Positions 44,086 through 54,170 are shown, counted from the first letter of the stretch. The stretch: 64,000 bases of DNA from Verrucomicrobiota bacterium (GCA_047947115.1 CP170459.1:5952001-6016000), one strand, 5' to 3'. The notes: generated from the letters alone by a model not told the origin. Numbers and translations are program-made.

Positions 44086-44308
44086 TTATATAAATATTGA
44101 GCATTTTGATATTGCTATCAAAAGCGCATTCTTAAAACTCTTGGTCTTCCGAAGAAAACCTCAAGGGCTCATGCTTAATCGCACAATTCAATTTTCAAAG
44201 AACGTGTTCCTGTTGCCAGGAACTTCAAAGTCACTAGAGGCCAAAAAACCGAGAGCCGAGTTCTGCTTACTCGCATCGGCTTCTCAGTCGCCTCTTCGTT
44301 ACCGGCTG

Positions 44309-44337
44309 TTTGTAAGGTTGCCAGCAACATCCGTCAA
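44309..44337 (-). promoter_or_regulatory. putative rRNA promoter P2 (sigma70)
   Basis: TTGACG-17 nt-TACAAA preceded by an A-rich tract. Confidence 0.55.
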
Positions 44338-44409
44338 CGGTTTATTTCTTTTTTTTTCGCAACCCTCAGTAATCACTTACTTACGGTCGGTGTCCCGTCG
44401 ACGGAAGTG

Positions 44410-44460
44410 AATATGTGTGCATCCTCGAATTGCTGCAAGCGTTTTTTAATTTTTTTTATT
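44410..44460 (-). promoter_or_regulatory. putative rRNA promoter P1 with UP element
   Basis: TTGCAG-17 nt-CATATT with upstream A-tracts. Confidence 0.55.
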
Positions 44461-44599
44461 CCGCCTCAACTTCAACCAAGAATTAAATTCTCTTAACCAA
44501 TCCATAGTAAATAGTTTACACATTTGAACTCCCCCGAGCCGAAGTTGTTTATTTTTCTAGAAATCATTCACAGCACCAATTTTTGAGGTTCAGATCCAC

Positions 44600-44631
44600 A
44601 AAAAAAAGGTCCCATCAAAGGGACCTTTTTT
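44600..44631 (-). terminator. intrinsic (bidirectional-type) terminator closing the redox operon
   Basis: AAAAAAAGGTCCC-atcaaa-GGGACCTTTTTT. Confidence 0.85.
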
Positions 44632-44742
44632 GTCTTACGCGTTGGTCAATGCCTGGCATGCCAGTCAAATCGGGTTTTGCTAATATATTGTTATAAAAAT
44701 AATGTATCTCAATTAAAGTAAATGACTTAAAAATAATAATAC

Positions 44743-46305
44743 TCAATCCGGCGATGCTAATGCACCGGTTGGGCATGAATCGACGGCATCTTTTGCCAAA
44801 TTTCCTAAACCAGCTTCCAGGTTTTTTTCCAAAGAAACGCCTGCGGTCACCTCAAACCCACGTCCCACAAAGGTGAATCCATATTTCTCACCACCATCCT
44901 GCGTTACTCGAACGCAAATCCCACATTTGACACACTTACCGGGCTCATAAACAGCCACGGTACTTTGGTCCATTTTGTTGAATGAGGGCCGATCGTTGAC
45001 TTTGAATTGCATTTGCTTGGCACCGTATTCGTGGCTGTATTCACGCAAACTGCAATCTTTGTTAGCGCGACAGTCACAATGCAAGCAACGACCACTCTCC
45101 TCGTCGGCTTGTTCGGGTGTGATGTCTTTTTCTTTGGCCGCCCGAATCTCCGGGTGAGCATGAGGCGCCGCATGCTTGACGAACAGATCCAGCTCACCTT
45201 CCTGGAGCCTCCCCATCATGTGGTTGTAAATGTCCTCTTCTCCTTGCATGGGTTGCTCCCTCAAACATTGATCCACACAGGCAGCCATTGATTTGGCATT
45301 TTGAATGACTTTCAGAAGGTTCATTTCCGCATTAGCAACCCCACCGCCTGCAAACACGGCTTGTATATTGGTCATATGAGTCTTTCGGTCCGCCTTGACC
45401 CCTTTCTTGGCCAATTCCAGATTCCAGGCTTCAAGTGACTGAGCTGCAGACTCTCCACAAGCGATTACGACCGCATCGAAATGCTCCTTTATTTCCTGGA
45501 ACGCGTCCGCGGTATCAACCCCATGTTTTGTCCGAAATTCCACCCCCATGTTGTTGAGTAAAGAGATTTCCCCATCCAAAGCCCAATCCGGTATTGTCCC
45601 GTTTGTCACTTCTTCCTGAATGGATCCCCCTAATTTATCAGCCTTATCCAGGACCACGCATTGATGCCCCCGCAAGGTCAGGTAATAAGCCGATGCCAGA
45701 CCCGTGGGGCCTCCACCAATGATGCAGACTTTTTTGCCCGTTGGCTCAGCACAAGGTATGGCGTATGCCTTTCCTTCGCGCAAGTGCCAATCAGCAACGT
45801 GACGCGACATGTGTTGAATGGCAATTGGATCATCATGCAATCCGCGGCGACATCCTTTTTCGCAGGGCGCATGGCACATTCGCTCAAGAATACTTGCAAG
45901 CGCCACGTCAGATCGAACGGTCAGGACGGCATCTTCCATCCGGTTGTCACCCACTTCTCTCAACATCTTTGGAATTTCCGAATGCACGGCGCAAAGACGT
46001 TGGCACGGGGCTTCACAATCTCCCACATGCTCACTGAGCAAAAGTTCCAGAGTTGATTTACGGAATTCCCGGATGCTTTCGGCCTGTGTTTCGATATCCA
46101 TTCCATCAGCTACTTTGGCAGAACACGCAGGCATGGTCCTTCCAGACGCATTGTCTTTCACCACACAAATCATACAAGAGGTGAAATATTCGTGGCCTTC
46201 CTTATAGCAGAGTACGGGGATCTCGATCCCAACTTTGGCTGCAGCCTGAATGATGGTTAAATCCTCGTCCGTTTCGATTTCCTGGTTATCGATTTTAAAT
46301 TTCAT
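44743..46305 (-). CDS. NuoG/HydA-like Fe-S subunit with an inserted, shortened GltD-like flavoprotein domain
   Basis: [2Fe-2S] C-x10-C-x2-C-x13-C; EHVGDCEAPC..C; CHAPCEKGC; IIGGGPTG; RCLHCDC-x5-C; CVKCGIC...CPTGAL. Confidence 0.85.
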   Translation of the reverse strand: MKFKIDNQEIETDEDLTIIQAAAKVGIEIPVLCYKEGHEYFTSCMICVVKDNASGRTMPACSAKVADGMDIETQAESIREFRKSTLELLLSEHVGDCEAPCQRLCAVHSEIPKMLREVGDNRMEDAVLTVRSDVALASILERMCHAPCEKGCRRGLHDDPIAIQHMSRHVADWHLREGKAYAIPCAEPTGKKVCIIGGGPTGLASAYYLTLRGHQCVVLDKADKLGGSIQEEVTNGTIPDWALDGEISLLNNMGVEFRTKHGVDTADAFQEIKEHFDAVVIACGESAAQSLEAWNLELAKKGVKADRKTHMTNIQAVFAGGGVANAEMNLLKVIQNAKSMAACVDQCLREQPMQGEEDIYNHMMGRLQEGELDLFVKHAAPHAHPEIRAAKEKDITPEQADEESGRCLHCDCRANKDCSLREYSHEYGAKQMQFKVNDRPSFNKMDQSTVAVYEPGKCVKCGICVRVTQDGGEKYGFTFVGRGFEVTAGVSLEKNLEAGLGNLAKDAVDSCPTGALASPD

Positions 46306-48707
46306 AGGTCGATGACATGAATGGCGTCAACAGGACACACCTGAAGACAGATATCGCATCGGGTACACGCCGGCTCTTCAATAAGGTGCCGATGATACGG
46401 GTTCATGGGGATGGCATCCACGGGACAGTGCTGAGCACAGCGCGTGCATCCGATACACGATTCATTGATGTAATACTGGGTGAGTTTCGTGCATTTTTTT
46501 GCCGGGCATCGGCCTTGCAAGTGGGCTTCGTATTCATCCCGGTAATATTTCAAACTGGAAAGAACAGGATTTGGGGCCGTTTTGCCCAGACCACACAAGC
46601 TGCCATCCACAGTGATCCCTGCGAGTGCCTCGAGTGTTTCAAGATCCCCTTTCCGACCGCCCCCTTCGCAGAGTCGGTCGAGGATCTCCTTCATGCGTTT
46701 AGTGCCTACGCGGCAATGGGTGCATTTACCACAGGATTCATCCTGGGTGAACTCCATGAAATATCTCGCAATATCCACCATGCAGTCGGTTTCATCCAGC
46801 ACCACCATCCCCCCTGACCCCATGATGGCCCCTACGGACCGCAAAGCTTCGTAGTCGACAGGTGTGTGGCATAGATTGGCGGGAACACAACCTCCCGAAG
46901 GCCCGCCCATCAGCACAGCCTTGAGCTTGCGTCCATTTGGAACACCTCCCCCGATATCGTTGACGATTTCGCTGATAGACATGCCCATCGGCACTTCCAC
47001 CAAACCGCCCCGGTTGATCTTACCTGCCAATGCAAAGGTTTTAGTTCCTTTACATTTTTCGGTGCCCCGCACAGAGAATGCTTTGGCACCGTTGCGCATT
47101 AGCCAAGGAATGGTGGCGAGTGTTTCCACATTATTGATGAGTGTGGGCTTGCCCCACAAACCGGACTGAGCGGGGAACGGGGGTCTGAATCTCGGCATTC
47201 CCCTTCCTCCCTCAATGGCAGAAATCATGGCGGTTTCTTCACCGCAAACAAAGGCTCCCGCACCTTCGATTACACGCATTTTAAGGCTTAAAGAACTTCC
47301 GAAAATATTCTCTCCCAGGTAGCCCTTTTCCTCACAAATCTTGATGGCATGACGAATGCGTTCTGTAGCCAGGGGATACTCCGCCCGGATGTAGAATATT
47401 CCCTCATTAGCTCCGATGGCATGAGCGGCTATCGCCATTCCTTCAATAACTCGGTAAGGGAAGGATTCCAGGATCATACGGTCCATGAATGCGCCGGGGT
47501 CCCCTTCGTCGCCATTACAAATGACGTATTTCTTATCACCTGTCGCCGCCCGGGTGAATTTCCACTTTAATCCGGTGGAAAAACCAGCCCCCCCCCTGCC
47601 TCGTAGCCCGCTGGTTTCAATTTCCTTGATGACTTCCTCTGAATCTTCTTTTTCCAGAACGGACTTTAGGGCTTTGAACCCGTCATGAGCCTCGTATTCG
47701 TCGAAACTGGTCGGATTCAATTCCCCCAAATGCTCGGTGACCAAGTGGAATTGAGCTTTGGATCGATCCGCCTCGGCTCCGTGCCGTACATCGTCCGCAT
47801 AACGTGTCGGGGGAGCCCATGCTTCATCCGTAAAAAACTTTTCAAGCCACCCCATCACTCTGGCTCCGGCCTGTTTCAAAAGCCCTGCAGACCGAAAATG
47901 ACTGAGCAGAATTTCGCCCGCCTGATCCGCTTTAACCTTACCGTAACGGTATTTTCGATCCCGGTAAACAACCACCTCCACCAAAGGGGTTTCGTATGAC
48001 AAACCGGTACACCCCACTTGTTTGATACTCACTGGCAGGGCGTTCGAACGGATGGACTGCTTCAACGAGTCATACACCTTGTCGGTCCCACCTGCCACGC
48101 AACTGGAGCACAAACAAATACGCACTTCGCCTGTTGCCTGCTCTATTTTGACACCGTCGTCGTCATTAATATCGGACTGCTTCTTGGTAAGAGCTTTGAA
48201 ATCCTTGATAAGATCGGGCACTTTCCAGGGCTCCACATCGCCATAAATGACATCATCAATCTGCACCACCGGGGCCAACATGCAGCACCCCAAACAGGCC
48301 ACTTTTTCGGCTGTAAACTCGTTCTTAGGGTCAGTATGGCCTTTGGCCGGAATTTTCAATTCTGTTCGAAAGGTTTCATCCAAGATATTGGCACCACTGA
48401 CATGGCAAGCTGTCCCGACGCATGTCTTGACGATATGTTTGCCCACCGGGTAATGCCTGAACTGGGAATAGAAAGTGGACACACCAGTGACGGCGTCCGG
48501 AGTAATTTCCGAGACTTCACAAAGTCTTTCCAGAGCCGGTTTAGGAAGGTAGTTCCATTTCTTTTGAATGGCCTGCAGCAAAGGGATCAGGTGCTCGGGT
48601 TGATCTCCGATTTCCTTGACCCATTGATCCACCAAGGTGAGATCAATCTGTGGCGTGGTCGAGATGTCGACCGGCTTGGTCTGAGGATCTTGAACTAAAG
48701 TTTCCAT
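46302..48707 (-). CDS. fused NuoE-NuoF (HydC-HydB/BfuC-BfuB-like) NAD(H)-binding FMN/Fe-S protein
   Basis: CVGTAC...CLGCC; CLCSSC...GCTG; GLRGRGGAGF; NGDEGDPGAFMDR; GAGAFVCGEETA; GGPSGG; ESCGKCTHCR...SLCGLG; H-x4-C-x4-C; two C-terminal CxxCxxCxxxCP. Confidence 0.92.
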   Translation of the reverse strand: METLVQDPQTKPVDISTTPQIDLTLVDQWVKEIGDQPEHLIPLLQAIQKKWNYLPKPALERLCEVSEITPDAVTGVSTFYSQFRHYPVGKHIVKTCVGTACHVSGANILDETFRTELKIPAKGHTDPKNEFTAEKVACLGCCMLAPVVQIDDVIYGDVEPWKVPDLIKDFKALTKKQSDINDDDGVKIEQATGEVRICLCSSCVAGGTDKVYDSLKQSIRSNALPVSIKQVGCTGLSYETPLVEVVVYRDRKYRYGKVKADQAGEILLSHFRSAGLLKQAGARVMGWLEKFFTDEAWAPPTRYADDVRHGAEADRSKAQFHLVTEHLGELNPTSFDEYEAHDGFKALKSVLEKEDSEEVIKEIETSGLRGRGGAGFSTGLKWKFTRAATGDKKYVICNGDEGDPGAFMDRMILESFPYRVIEGMAIAAHAIGANEGIFYIRAEYPLATERIRHAIKICEEKGYLGENIFGSSLSLKMRVIEGAGAFVCGEETAMISAIEGGRGMPRFRPPFPAQSGLWGKPTLINNVETLATIPWLMRNGAKAFSVRGTEKCKGTKTFALAGKINRGGLVEVPMGMSISEIVNDIGGGVPNGRKLKAVLMGGPSGGCVPANLCHTPVDYEALRSVGAIMGSGGMVVLDETDCMVDIARYFMEFTQDESCGKCTHCRVGTKRMKEILDRLCEGGGRKGDLETLEALAGITVDGSLCGLGKTAPNPVLSSLKYYRDEYEAHLQGRCPAKKCTKLTQYYINESCIGCTRCAQHCPVDAIPMNPYHRHLIEEPACTRCDICLQVCPVDAIHVIDL

Positions 48708-48709
48708 AG

Positions 48710-50470
48710 TTAACCCTGAATACAGAATAAGTGGGATTCGCCTCGGACGATCATCCCGTTTTTAAATAAGGCCGGGGTACTCAAAACAGGCTCTCCCATG
48801 AAAGAATCCATGTTGCCTTTGAATGCTTCTCCCGTCGTTTCGAACACATGTGCGTAGCCGCCTCGATCGAACAGATACACCTTCTGCCCAATCCTCACCG
48901 GAGAAGAATAAAAACCGTGATCGGTCACCTCATACCACATCTCTTCCCCGTTATCGGCGTTCAGGCAGACGATTCCACCGTCACCCATCCCACCGAAATA
49001 CAAATTGTTGTGAACGATAGGAGAGGATATTCCGGGAGTGGTATCGCGATTCGACCAAAGCACCTCCTGAGTGGAAATATCAACAGCAGCAACATGCACG
49101 TAGTCAGCGGCAATATACAGGCGGCCATTGGCATAGTAGGGCGAAGGAGCAATTTCGCCTCCTTCCAGACACTCAATTTCCCAGATAAGCGCCCCATCAT
49201 CAACATTGTACAACGACAAGGTAGGTTCGGATGCCAGGGCCATAACGGACTTTCCTTCCCATTCGAATAATAGAGGAGAAGCCCAGGAAGCACCGTTGGT
49301 GCGATCCTTTTTCCAGCGCTCCTTGCCGGTGGCAGCATCATACGCAGCAACAAAACTGTGCTCTTCACGGTCCAACTGGATCAACACCAGATCACCATAG
49401 ACCTGAGGAGACGATGAATAACCGTAAGGATTGACCGGATTCCCCATGTGCACCGTCCACTTGAGTTCACCGTCCAACGTCACACCAGCAAGATCTCCAT
49501 TGGCGTATACGGCATAAACCATTGCACCATTACATGCCAATGTTGGGGCAGCGTAACCAGTATCCTCGGTAACTTCAGGAGGTTCCCCGGATTCTTTAGT
49601 GGTTGGGACTCCAGTTCGCCAAAGCTGTTTACCATCCTCCAAAGTGAAGCAAGCCACTTCACGTTTTTCTTCGTCAGCGCCGGTAAGGAATATTTTATCC
49701 TCCCAGATGATAGGAGAATTGAAGCCGACAAGGTCCAATTCGACTTTCCAGTGAATGCCATCCCCGGTTTCCCCATTCCAGGATTCAGGAAGTTGGACTT
49801 CATCCATCCAAGCATCATATCTTCCCAGGAATACCGCCCAATTCTGTCGGATCTGTTCGGAAGTGGCGAATTGGATGGAAGGAGCGGCGGGGGTTTGATC
49901 CGCAAATTCGGTTTCGCTGCTGGCGAGTGACGGGGGGCCATCCAGTTCTGCGTTTTCGGAAGGCACGGGCTCATCCAATGGACTTTTCCAAGGCAAGGCC
50001 AAGGACAAGGCGAACCCTGCCAGACAAAGCCCGGTGACGGTCACGGATTTTCTTGCCCACCTTGCCTGCTCGCGTGGATCATCCTTGGGATCACTTGAAT
50101 CGGGAAAGGGATGGTTAGCCTCATATGCTTCGATCAATTTGAAGCAAGCGAGCATCACCGCAAGACTGCCAACCAGCAGGTAGATCCCACGGTGATTGAA
50201 TTCCTGACTGGCAAAGAAAGCCTTGCGACCCAGTTGGTCCATTTGCTGGATCTGTAAGCGTAACTCCTCATTGCGTGGATCCTGATTCAACTGCTCAATC
50301 AAAGCTTCCAGTGAAGCGGAATGGACGGGGTCGGAACGATTCAGCATCGCCCGGTTTGCGATCATCAGCACACAGGTCACCACAGCCAATACGGCGGAAA
50401 CCCATCCTAATATTTTGATTATCTTATATGCTGCTGAATTTCGGTCCTTCTCAAGAACAACCACTCTCAT
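48710..50470 (-). CDS. multi-TM-anchored PQQ-like beta-propeller protein
   Basis: Three N-terminal hydrophobic helices, then repeats such as SPIIWEDKIF, SSPQVYGD, ASPLL, G-x-x-x-W. Confidence 0.8.
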   Translation of the reverse strand: MRVVVLEKDRNSAAYKIIKILGWVSAVLAVVTCVLMIANRAMLNRSDPVHSASLEALIEQLNQDPRNEELRLQIQQMDQLGRKAFFASQEFNHRGIYLLVGSLAVMLACFKLIEAYEANHPFPDSSDPKDDPREQARWARKSVTVTGLCLAGFALSLALPWKSPLDEPVPSENAELDGPPSLASSETEFADQTPAAPSIQFATSEQIRQNWAVFLGRYDAWMDEVQLPESWNGETGDGIHWKVELDLVGFNSPIIWEDKIFLTGADEEKREVACFTLEDGKQLWRTGVPTTKESGEPPEVTEDTGYAAPTLACNGAMVYAVYANGDLAGVTLDGELKWTVHMGNPVNPYGYSSSPQVYGDLVLIQLDREEHSFVAAYDAATGKERWKKDRTNGASWASPLLFEWEGKSVMALASEPTLSLYNVDDGALIWEIECLEGGEIAPSPYYANGRLYIAADYVHVAAVDISTQEVLWSNRDTTPGISSPIVHNNLYFGGMGDGGIVCLNADNGEEMWYEVTDHGFYSSPVRIGQKVYLFDRGGYAHVFETTGEAFKGNMDSFMGEPVLSTPALFKNGMIVRGESHLFCIQG

Positions 50471-51870
50471 GACATCGTAACCTTTTCTTTCTTCCCAGAT
50501 TTTTCAGCCGGTGCCTGCGGTTGCATCAAAATTGCCTGAGAAGCTTCAAAGGCCGGAGTCCCCGGCACAAAATTTGGCCTGTGCATATCATCACTCGGGC
50601 AATAAGAACAACAGCGACCGCAGCTGTAGCAATCTGATTTGCGCACCTCATAGCCTACCTGGGTTCGTGATAAGGAGACATTGATCAGTTTCACCCCAAA
50701 AACCAAGCCAATAAAACCGCCAAGCAACCAACCGCCCGTGCTCATCTGTGAACGAATCTGTGCTGCTTTGCTGAACAAGTCCTCTTCAGTCTGACCTTTA
50801 GCTCGAAAAGTGTCCGACTCTATCGTTGTTGGCATATTAGAATCCTGCTTTTCCAGAACAATCTGTTCGGCCAAAGCAACCGTGCGGTGCTGCCTGCTCA
50901 AGGGTTCGGCCATACGGTAACCGATCCAACCACAAAGCAGAATCAACACAGGCACCATTACAAACAGGTAACCGAGACGATGGGCACCCGAATGGCGATC
51001 TTCCTTGGTCAAGCCGGCGTTGGGCTTGTCAATGGCGTCGAACGGACAGGATTCTTCGCACAAACGGCAGTCAATGCACACAGTTGGCGTGATGGATAAA
51101 TGCCACCTTGCGAAGCGAGACATCCAGCCCAGCAACACCCCGTAAGGACAGAAAAAGCGACAATATGGACGTGCTACGAACATTCCTACCAGAAGAAACC
51201 CGGCCCCCAGATAAAGGTAAGGAGCATGACCATTGAGACGGAAGAAACCAATGAAAGGGTCGTATTTACAAATCGCCATGCCGGCGTTGGTAGCCGAAAG
51301 TAGCACAGCGGTCCCCAAATAGATATAGGGAATCATGCTCAATCCGGTCGTCACTTTCTTGGGCAACTGAATGGGTTTGAGCACGACAAGATCCTGAATT
51401 GCCCCGAGGGCGCAGACCGATGCACAAAAAACACGTCCGAAGAAGAGTGAATAGGCAAGCGGCAGCAGGAAGAAAATCATCACTGTCACCGGAATGGCAT
51501 AGTGCACATTAAAAATGGACATGGTCACATTCTGAATCGATCCGATCGGGCAGACACAACCTTGCTTGTAGAACCCAAAATACCCCAAACTAAACAGCAT
51601 CAACCAGAAAAGGCCTTTCCGCGTTCTTAATTTGATAGCGAACAGGGCTCCGAGACTCAAAGTTGTAGCGAGCACCAGAACATCCACCCATTGCTGCCAC
51701 TCCTGAGTCGGTTCTGGGATCGTGGTTTCAGGGAATGTATATTCACTGACAAACTCCGGAGCTGGAAAGCGCATTTCGCCAGCTTGAGAAGACTCAGGCC
51801 ATCCCAAGTATACTCCGAGCAGGAGGACAGCAGCAAAAATCGCGTTCTTTTTGAGTAAGGAAAAAATCAT
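50467..51870 (-). CDS. integral-membrane 4Fe-4S protein (NapH/RdxA/NosR-C-terminal-like)
   Basis: CVCPIG, GRVFCASVCALG, RPYCRFFCPYG, CIDCRLCEESCP, CYSCGRCCSYCP; multiple TM helices. Confidence 0.85.
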   Translation of the reverse strand: MIFSLLKKNAIFAAVLLLGVYLGWPESSQAGEMRFPAPEFVSEYTFPETTIPEPTQEWQQWVDVLVLATTLSLGALFAIKLRTRKGLFWLMLFSLGYFGFYKQGCVCPIGSIQNVTMSIFNVHYAIPVTVMIFFLLPLAYSLFFGRVFCASVCALGAIQDLVVLKPIQLPKKVTTGLSMIPYIYLGTAVLLSATNAGMAICKYDPFIGFFRLNGHAPYLYLGAGFLLVGMFVARPYCRFFCPYGVLLGWMSRFARWHLSITPTVCIDCRLCEESCPFDAIDKPNAGLTKEDRHSGAHRLGYLFVMVPVLILLCGWIGYRMAEPLSRQHRTVALAEQIVLEKQDSNMPTTIESDTFRAKGQTEEDLFSKAAQIRSQMSTGGWLLGGFIGLVFGVKLINVSLSRTQVGYEVRKSDCYSCGRCCSYCPSDDMHRPNFVPGTPAFEASQAILMQPQAPAEKSGKKEKVTMS

Positions 51871-51891
51871 GTTGGCACCTGTTGGTAAATG

Positions 51892-52506
51892 TTACTCAGG
51901 GAGGTTGAACACATCTTCCATGGTTTCCTCGCGTTCTTTGTGCCTCAGCAGATAGGGTTTATCGGCCGGCAACCGCTCCCAGGCATCGGCCGGACACTGC
52001 ATGGCAATGGAACATTCATTGCAGTTCACACAGACGTTATGTCTGACCTGCAGGTAGAAGGAGGCATTCCCGAACATCTCGCAGGCTTTGACACATTTGG
52101 CGCAGCCGATGCAGTAATCTTCCAGAATGTTGTATTCCCAATAGGGATCTTCTACAAAAAGTCGTTCAATGGCGCCGGTGGGACACAGTTGATTTTCGGC
52201 GGCCGAGGTCAATTCAGGGGCGTTAGGGAGGAAATATCCAAAACACAAACGGCAGTAACCACAGATGGGATAAGACTGAACACACTTAACGGCGGATGGA
52301 GAAACGACACAATCGGTCGCGCAATGCTCACACTGAACGCACTTGTCAGGGTCAATCTGCCAAACCGTATTTTGTTCGCGCGCCCCAAATACGGACATGC
52401 CCCCCATCCAGCCAAGCGTTAATGCGGCACCTCTGCCGACAGCTTGTTTGATAAAATCAAAGCGATTTAATTGGTCCGACGATTCATTCGATTTTGCATC
52501 AGCCAT
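51892..52506 (-). CDS. multi-cluster 4Fe-4S ferredoxin with a Tat-like leader
   Basis: NRFDFIK plus hydrophobic stretch; CVQCEHCATDC, CGYCRLC, CPTGAI, CIGCAKCVKAC, CVNCNEC..CP. Confidence 0.85.
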   Translation of the reverse strand: MADAKSNESSDQLNRFDFIKQAVGRGAALTLGWMGGMSVFGAREQNTVWQIDPDKCVQCEHCATDCVVSPSAVKCVQSYPICGYCRLCFGYFLPNAPELTSAAENQLCPTGAIERLFVEDPYWEYNILEDYCIGCAKCVKACEMFGNASFYLQVRHNVCVNCNECSIAMQCPADAWERLPADKPYLLRHKEREETMEDVFNLPE

Positions 52507-52521
52507 AGTTTTTACTCCGTA

Positions 52522-54015
52522 TTATTGATTCAGTGTCAGATTGTTCGATCCCCCGGAAGCACCCGTACTCATATCCAGGCAAATCAGCATTTTGGAATCC
52601 CGCAAGATGAGTTTCCCCTCGACAATAGCCATGGGAGCCCAAGCGTCATGGCCGGGAGCCACTTCCGCGAACCCAAGTTTTTGAAAACCATCCAGACTGG
52701 CCTTGGCCATGGTCAATTCACCGTTGTCGTTGAGAATGTAAACTTTGTCATCAGCGATCATGTAAGGACCCAAACCGAATCGCTCGGTTTTGCCGCTGCT
52801 CCATACAACATTTCCCTCAAGATCCATGCAGACGAACTGGCCACGCATGGCTCCAGCGTCTTTGGGAAGAATGGAGAACAGATGGTTTTGGTAGAAAATG
52901 GGAGTCTGCTGTTCGCATGCAAATATCGTTTTATCCAGCTTGAATAGCGGCTTGGGAATGATCTTCCCCCCATCTTCCTTGAAGCCCATCATCATACTCC
53001 CCCCGCCATAACCGGCGGTAAAGAATACCTTGTCAGGCGCAACCCCGATAGGAGATGGCGACAACACATTTTGCGCCCAGTCCGAAGATTTCCAAAGGAG
53101 TTCACCCTTGGTGTCCGGCTCGGCAGATACGCCGACAACACCATTTTGTGAGCAGTAAACGTAGGTTTGCTTACCAAGAATCTCCATCTTCATGATGGAA
53201 GAGTGGGACATTTTCCATTGATCCTCATTGGTGGTGGTCCAATTGACCGCACCCGTCGCCAGATCCACGCCCATCATCATCGTGGTGCCGGAAGGTGCCA
53301 CAATGGCCTCATCTCCATCAATCAGAGGACACTGCCCCGTATACCATAGTGGAACGCTGGTTCCGTAATCCTTCACGAGGTCCAATCCCCAGACAAAATC
53401 ACCCGTCTTCGCCCGCACACACATGACAAAACAACGCGGCCCCATGGTGACCACGTAATCCTTGGTCAAAGCAGGAACCGTTCTTGAAACACCGTGATTA
53501 TTCTTGGTAGGGGCTTTGTAACGGCGTCGCCAGATCTCGATGCCGGTGTCCAGTGAGAAACACCTAAGAGTATCCCCTTGATATTCCTTATCGTAGTCCA
53601 GAATATAAACACAGCCCTGATCAACCGCCACACCTGCGTGCCCTTCGCCCATGGGAACGCTCCACAACTGAGTAGGACCTCCGGGAGGCCAGGTTTCAGA
53701 TAAGGGAACGGAGTCCTTGGCGATGTTATCAGCATCAGCTCCTCGAAATCCTTTCCATGTGCCTGCGGATGTGCCAAATTCACCTTCAAGCTTTTCAAAC
53801 TCACCCTCCAGATCCACGACAACTTCCGCCTTGGGCGCCGCTGCGACACCACCTACCGGCTTGTAAGTTCCGGCTGCGGTTTCCGCGGGAATATCGGTCA
53901 CGCGTGTTGTGATAGGAAGAGAGTTGCCCCCTTGAAACAGGAGGTACAAGAAACCCGCCGCAACCCCCGTTAAAAGGGTCATGGCATAAAAAGTCAGTTG
54001 TCGATCAGTAACCAT
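52522..54015 (-). CDS. membrane-anchored PQQ-like beta-propeller protein
   Basis: N-terminal TM helix; WKGFRG family motif; repeated G-x-x-x-W blades. Confidence 0.85.
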   Translation of the reverse strand: MVTDRQLTFYAMTLLTGVAAGFLYLLFQGGNSLPITTRVTDIPAETAAGTYKPVGGVAAAPKAEVVVDLEGEFEKLEGEFGTSAGTWKGFRGADADNIAKDSVPLSETWPPGGPTQLWSVPMGEGHAGVAVDQGCVYILDYDKEYQGDTLRCFSLDTGIEIWRRRYKAPTKNNHGVSRTVPALTKDYVVTMGPRCFVMCVRAKTGDFVWGLDLVKDYGTSVPLWYTGQCPLIDGDEAIVAPSGTTMMMGVDLATGAVNWTTTNEDQWKMSHSSIMKMEILGKQTYVYCSQNGVVGVSAEPDTKGELLWKSSDWAQNVLSPSPIGVAPDKVFFTAGYGGGSMMMGFKEDGGKIIPKPLFKLDKTIFACEQQTPIFYQNHLFSILPKDAGAMRGQFVCMDLEGNVVWSSGKTERFGLGPYMIADDKVYILNDNGELTMAKASLDGFQKLGFAEVAPGHDAWAPMAIVEGKLILRDSKMLICLDMSTGASGGSNNLTLNQ

Positions 54016-54170
54016 TTGAGATGCCTCACAATAATTCCCTTGATCTTTCTGTCAATGGGTTGAATGATGATAAGTAGTCATCGATTAAATGCCAACGTGA
54101 TTTACCTTGCCGTAACGGACGTGTGGTTGTAAAACAAAAAAGGGTCAATTAAAACCAAAAATGATTAGCC

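Noticed and set aside
44743..48707. [FeFe]-hydrogenase, formate dehydrogenase or complex I nuoEFG
   Set aside because: No H-cluster motifs, no molybdopterin domain, and no other nuo genes or maturases in the window.
48710..54015. True PQQ-dependent dehydrogenases
   Set aside because: Only generic propeller repeats are visible. I cannot identify quinoprotein active-site motifs, and no pqq genes are nearby.
54041..54056. FNR box upstream of the redox operon (TTGATctttctGTCAA)
   Set aside because: The spacer is 6 nt rather than the 4 nt of TTGAT-N4-ATCAA. It may bind another regulator but is unsupported.
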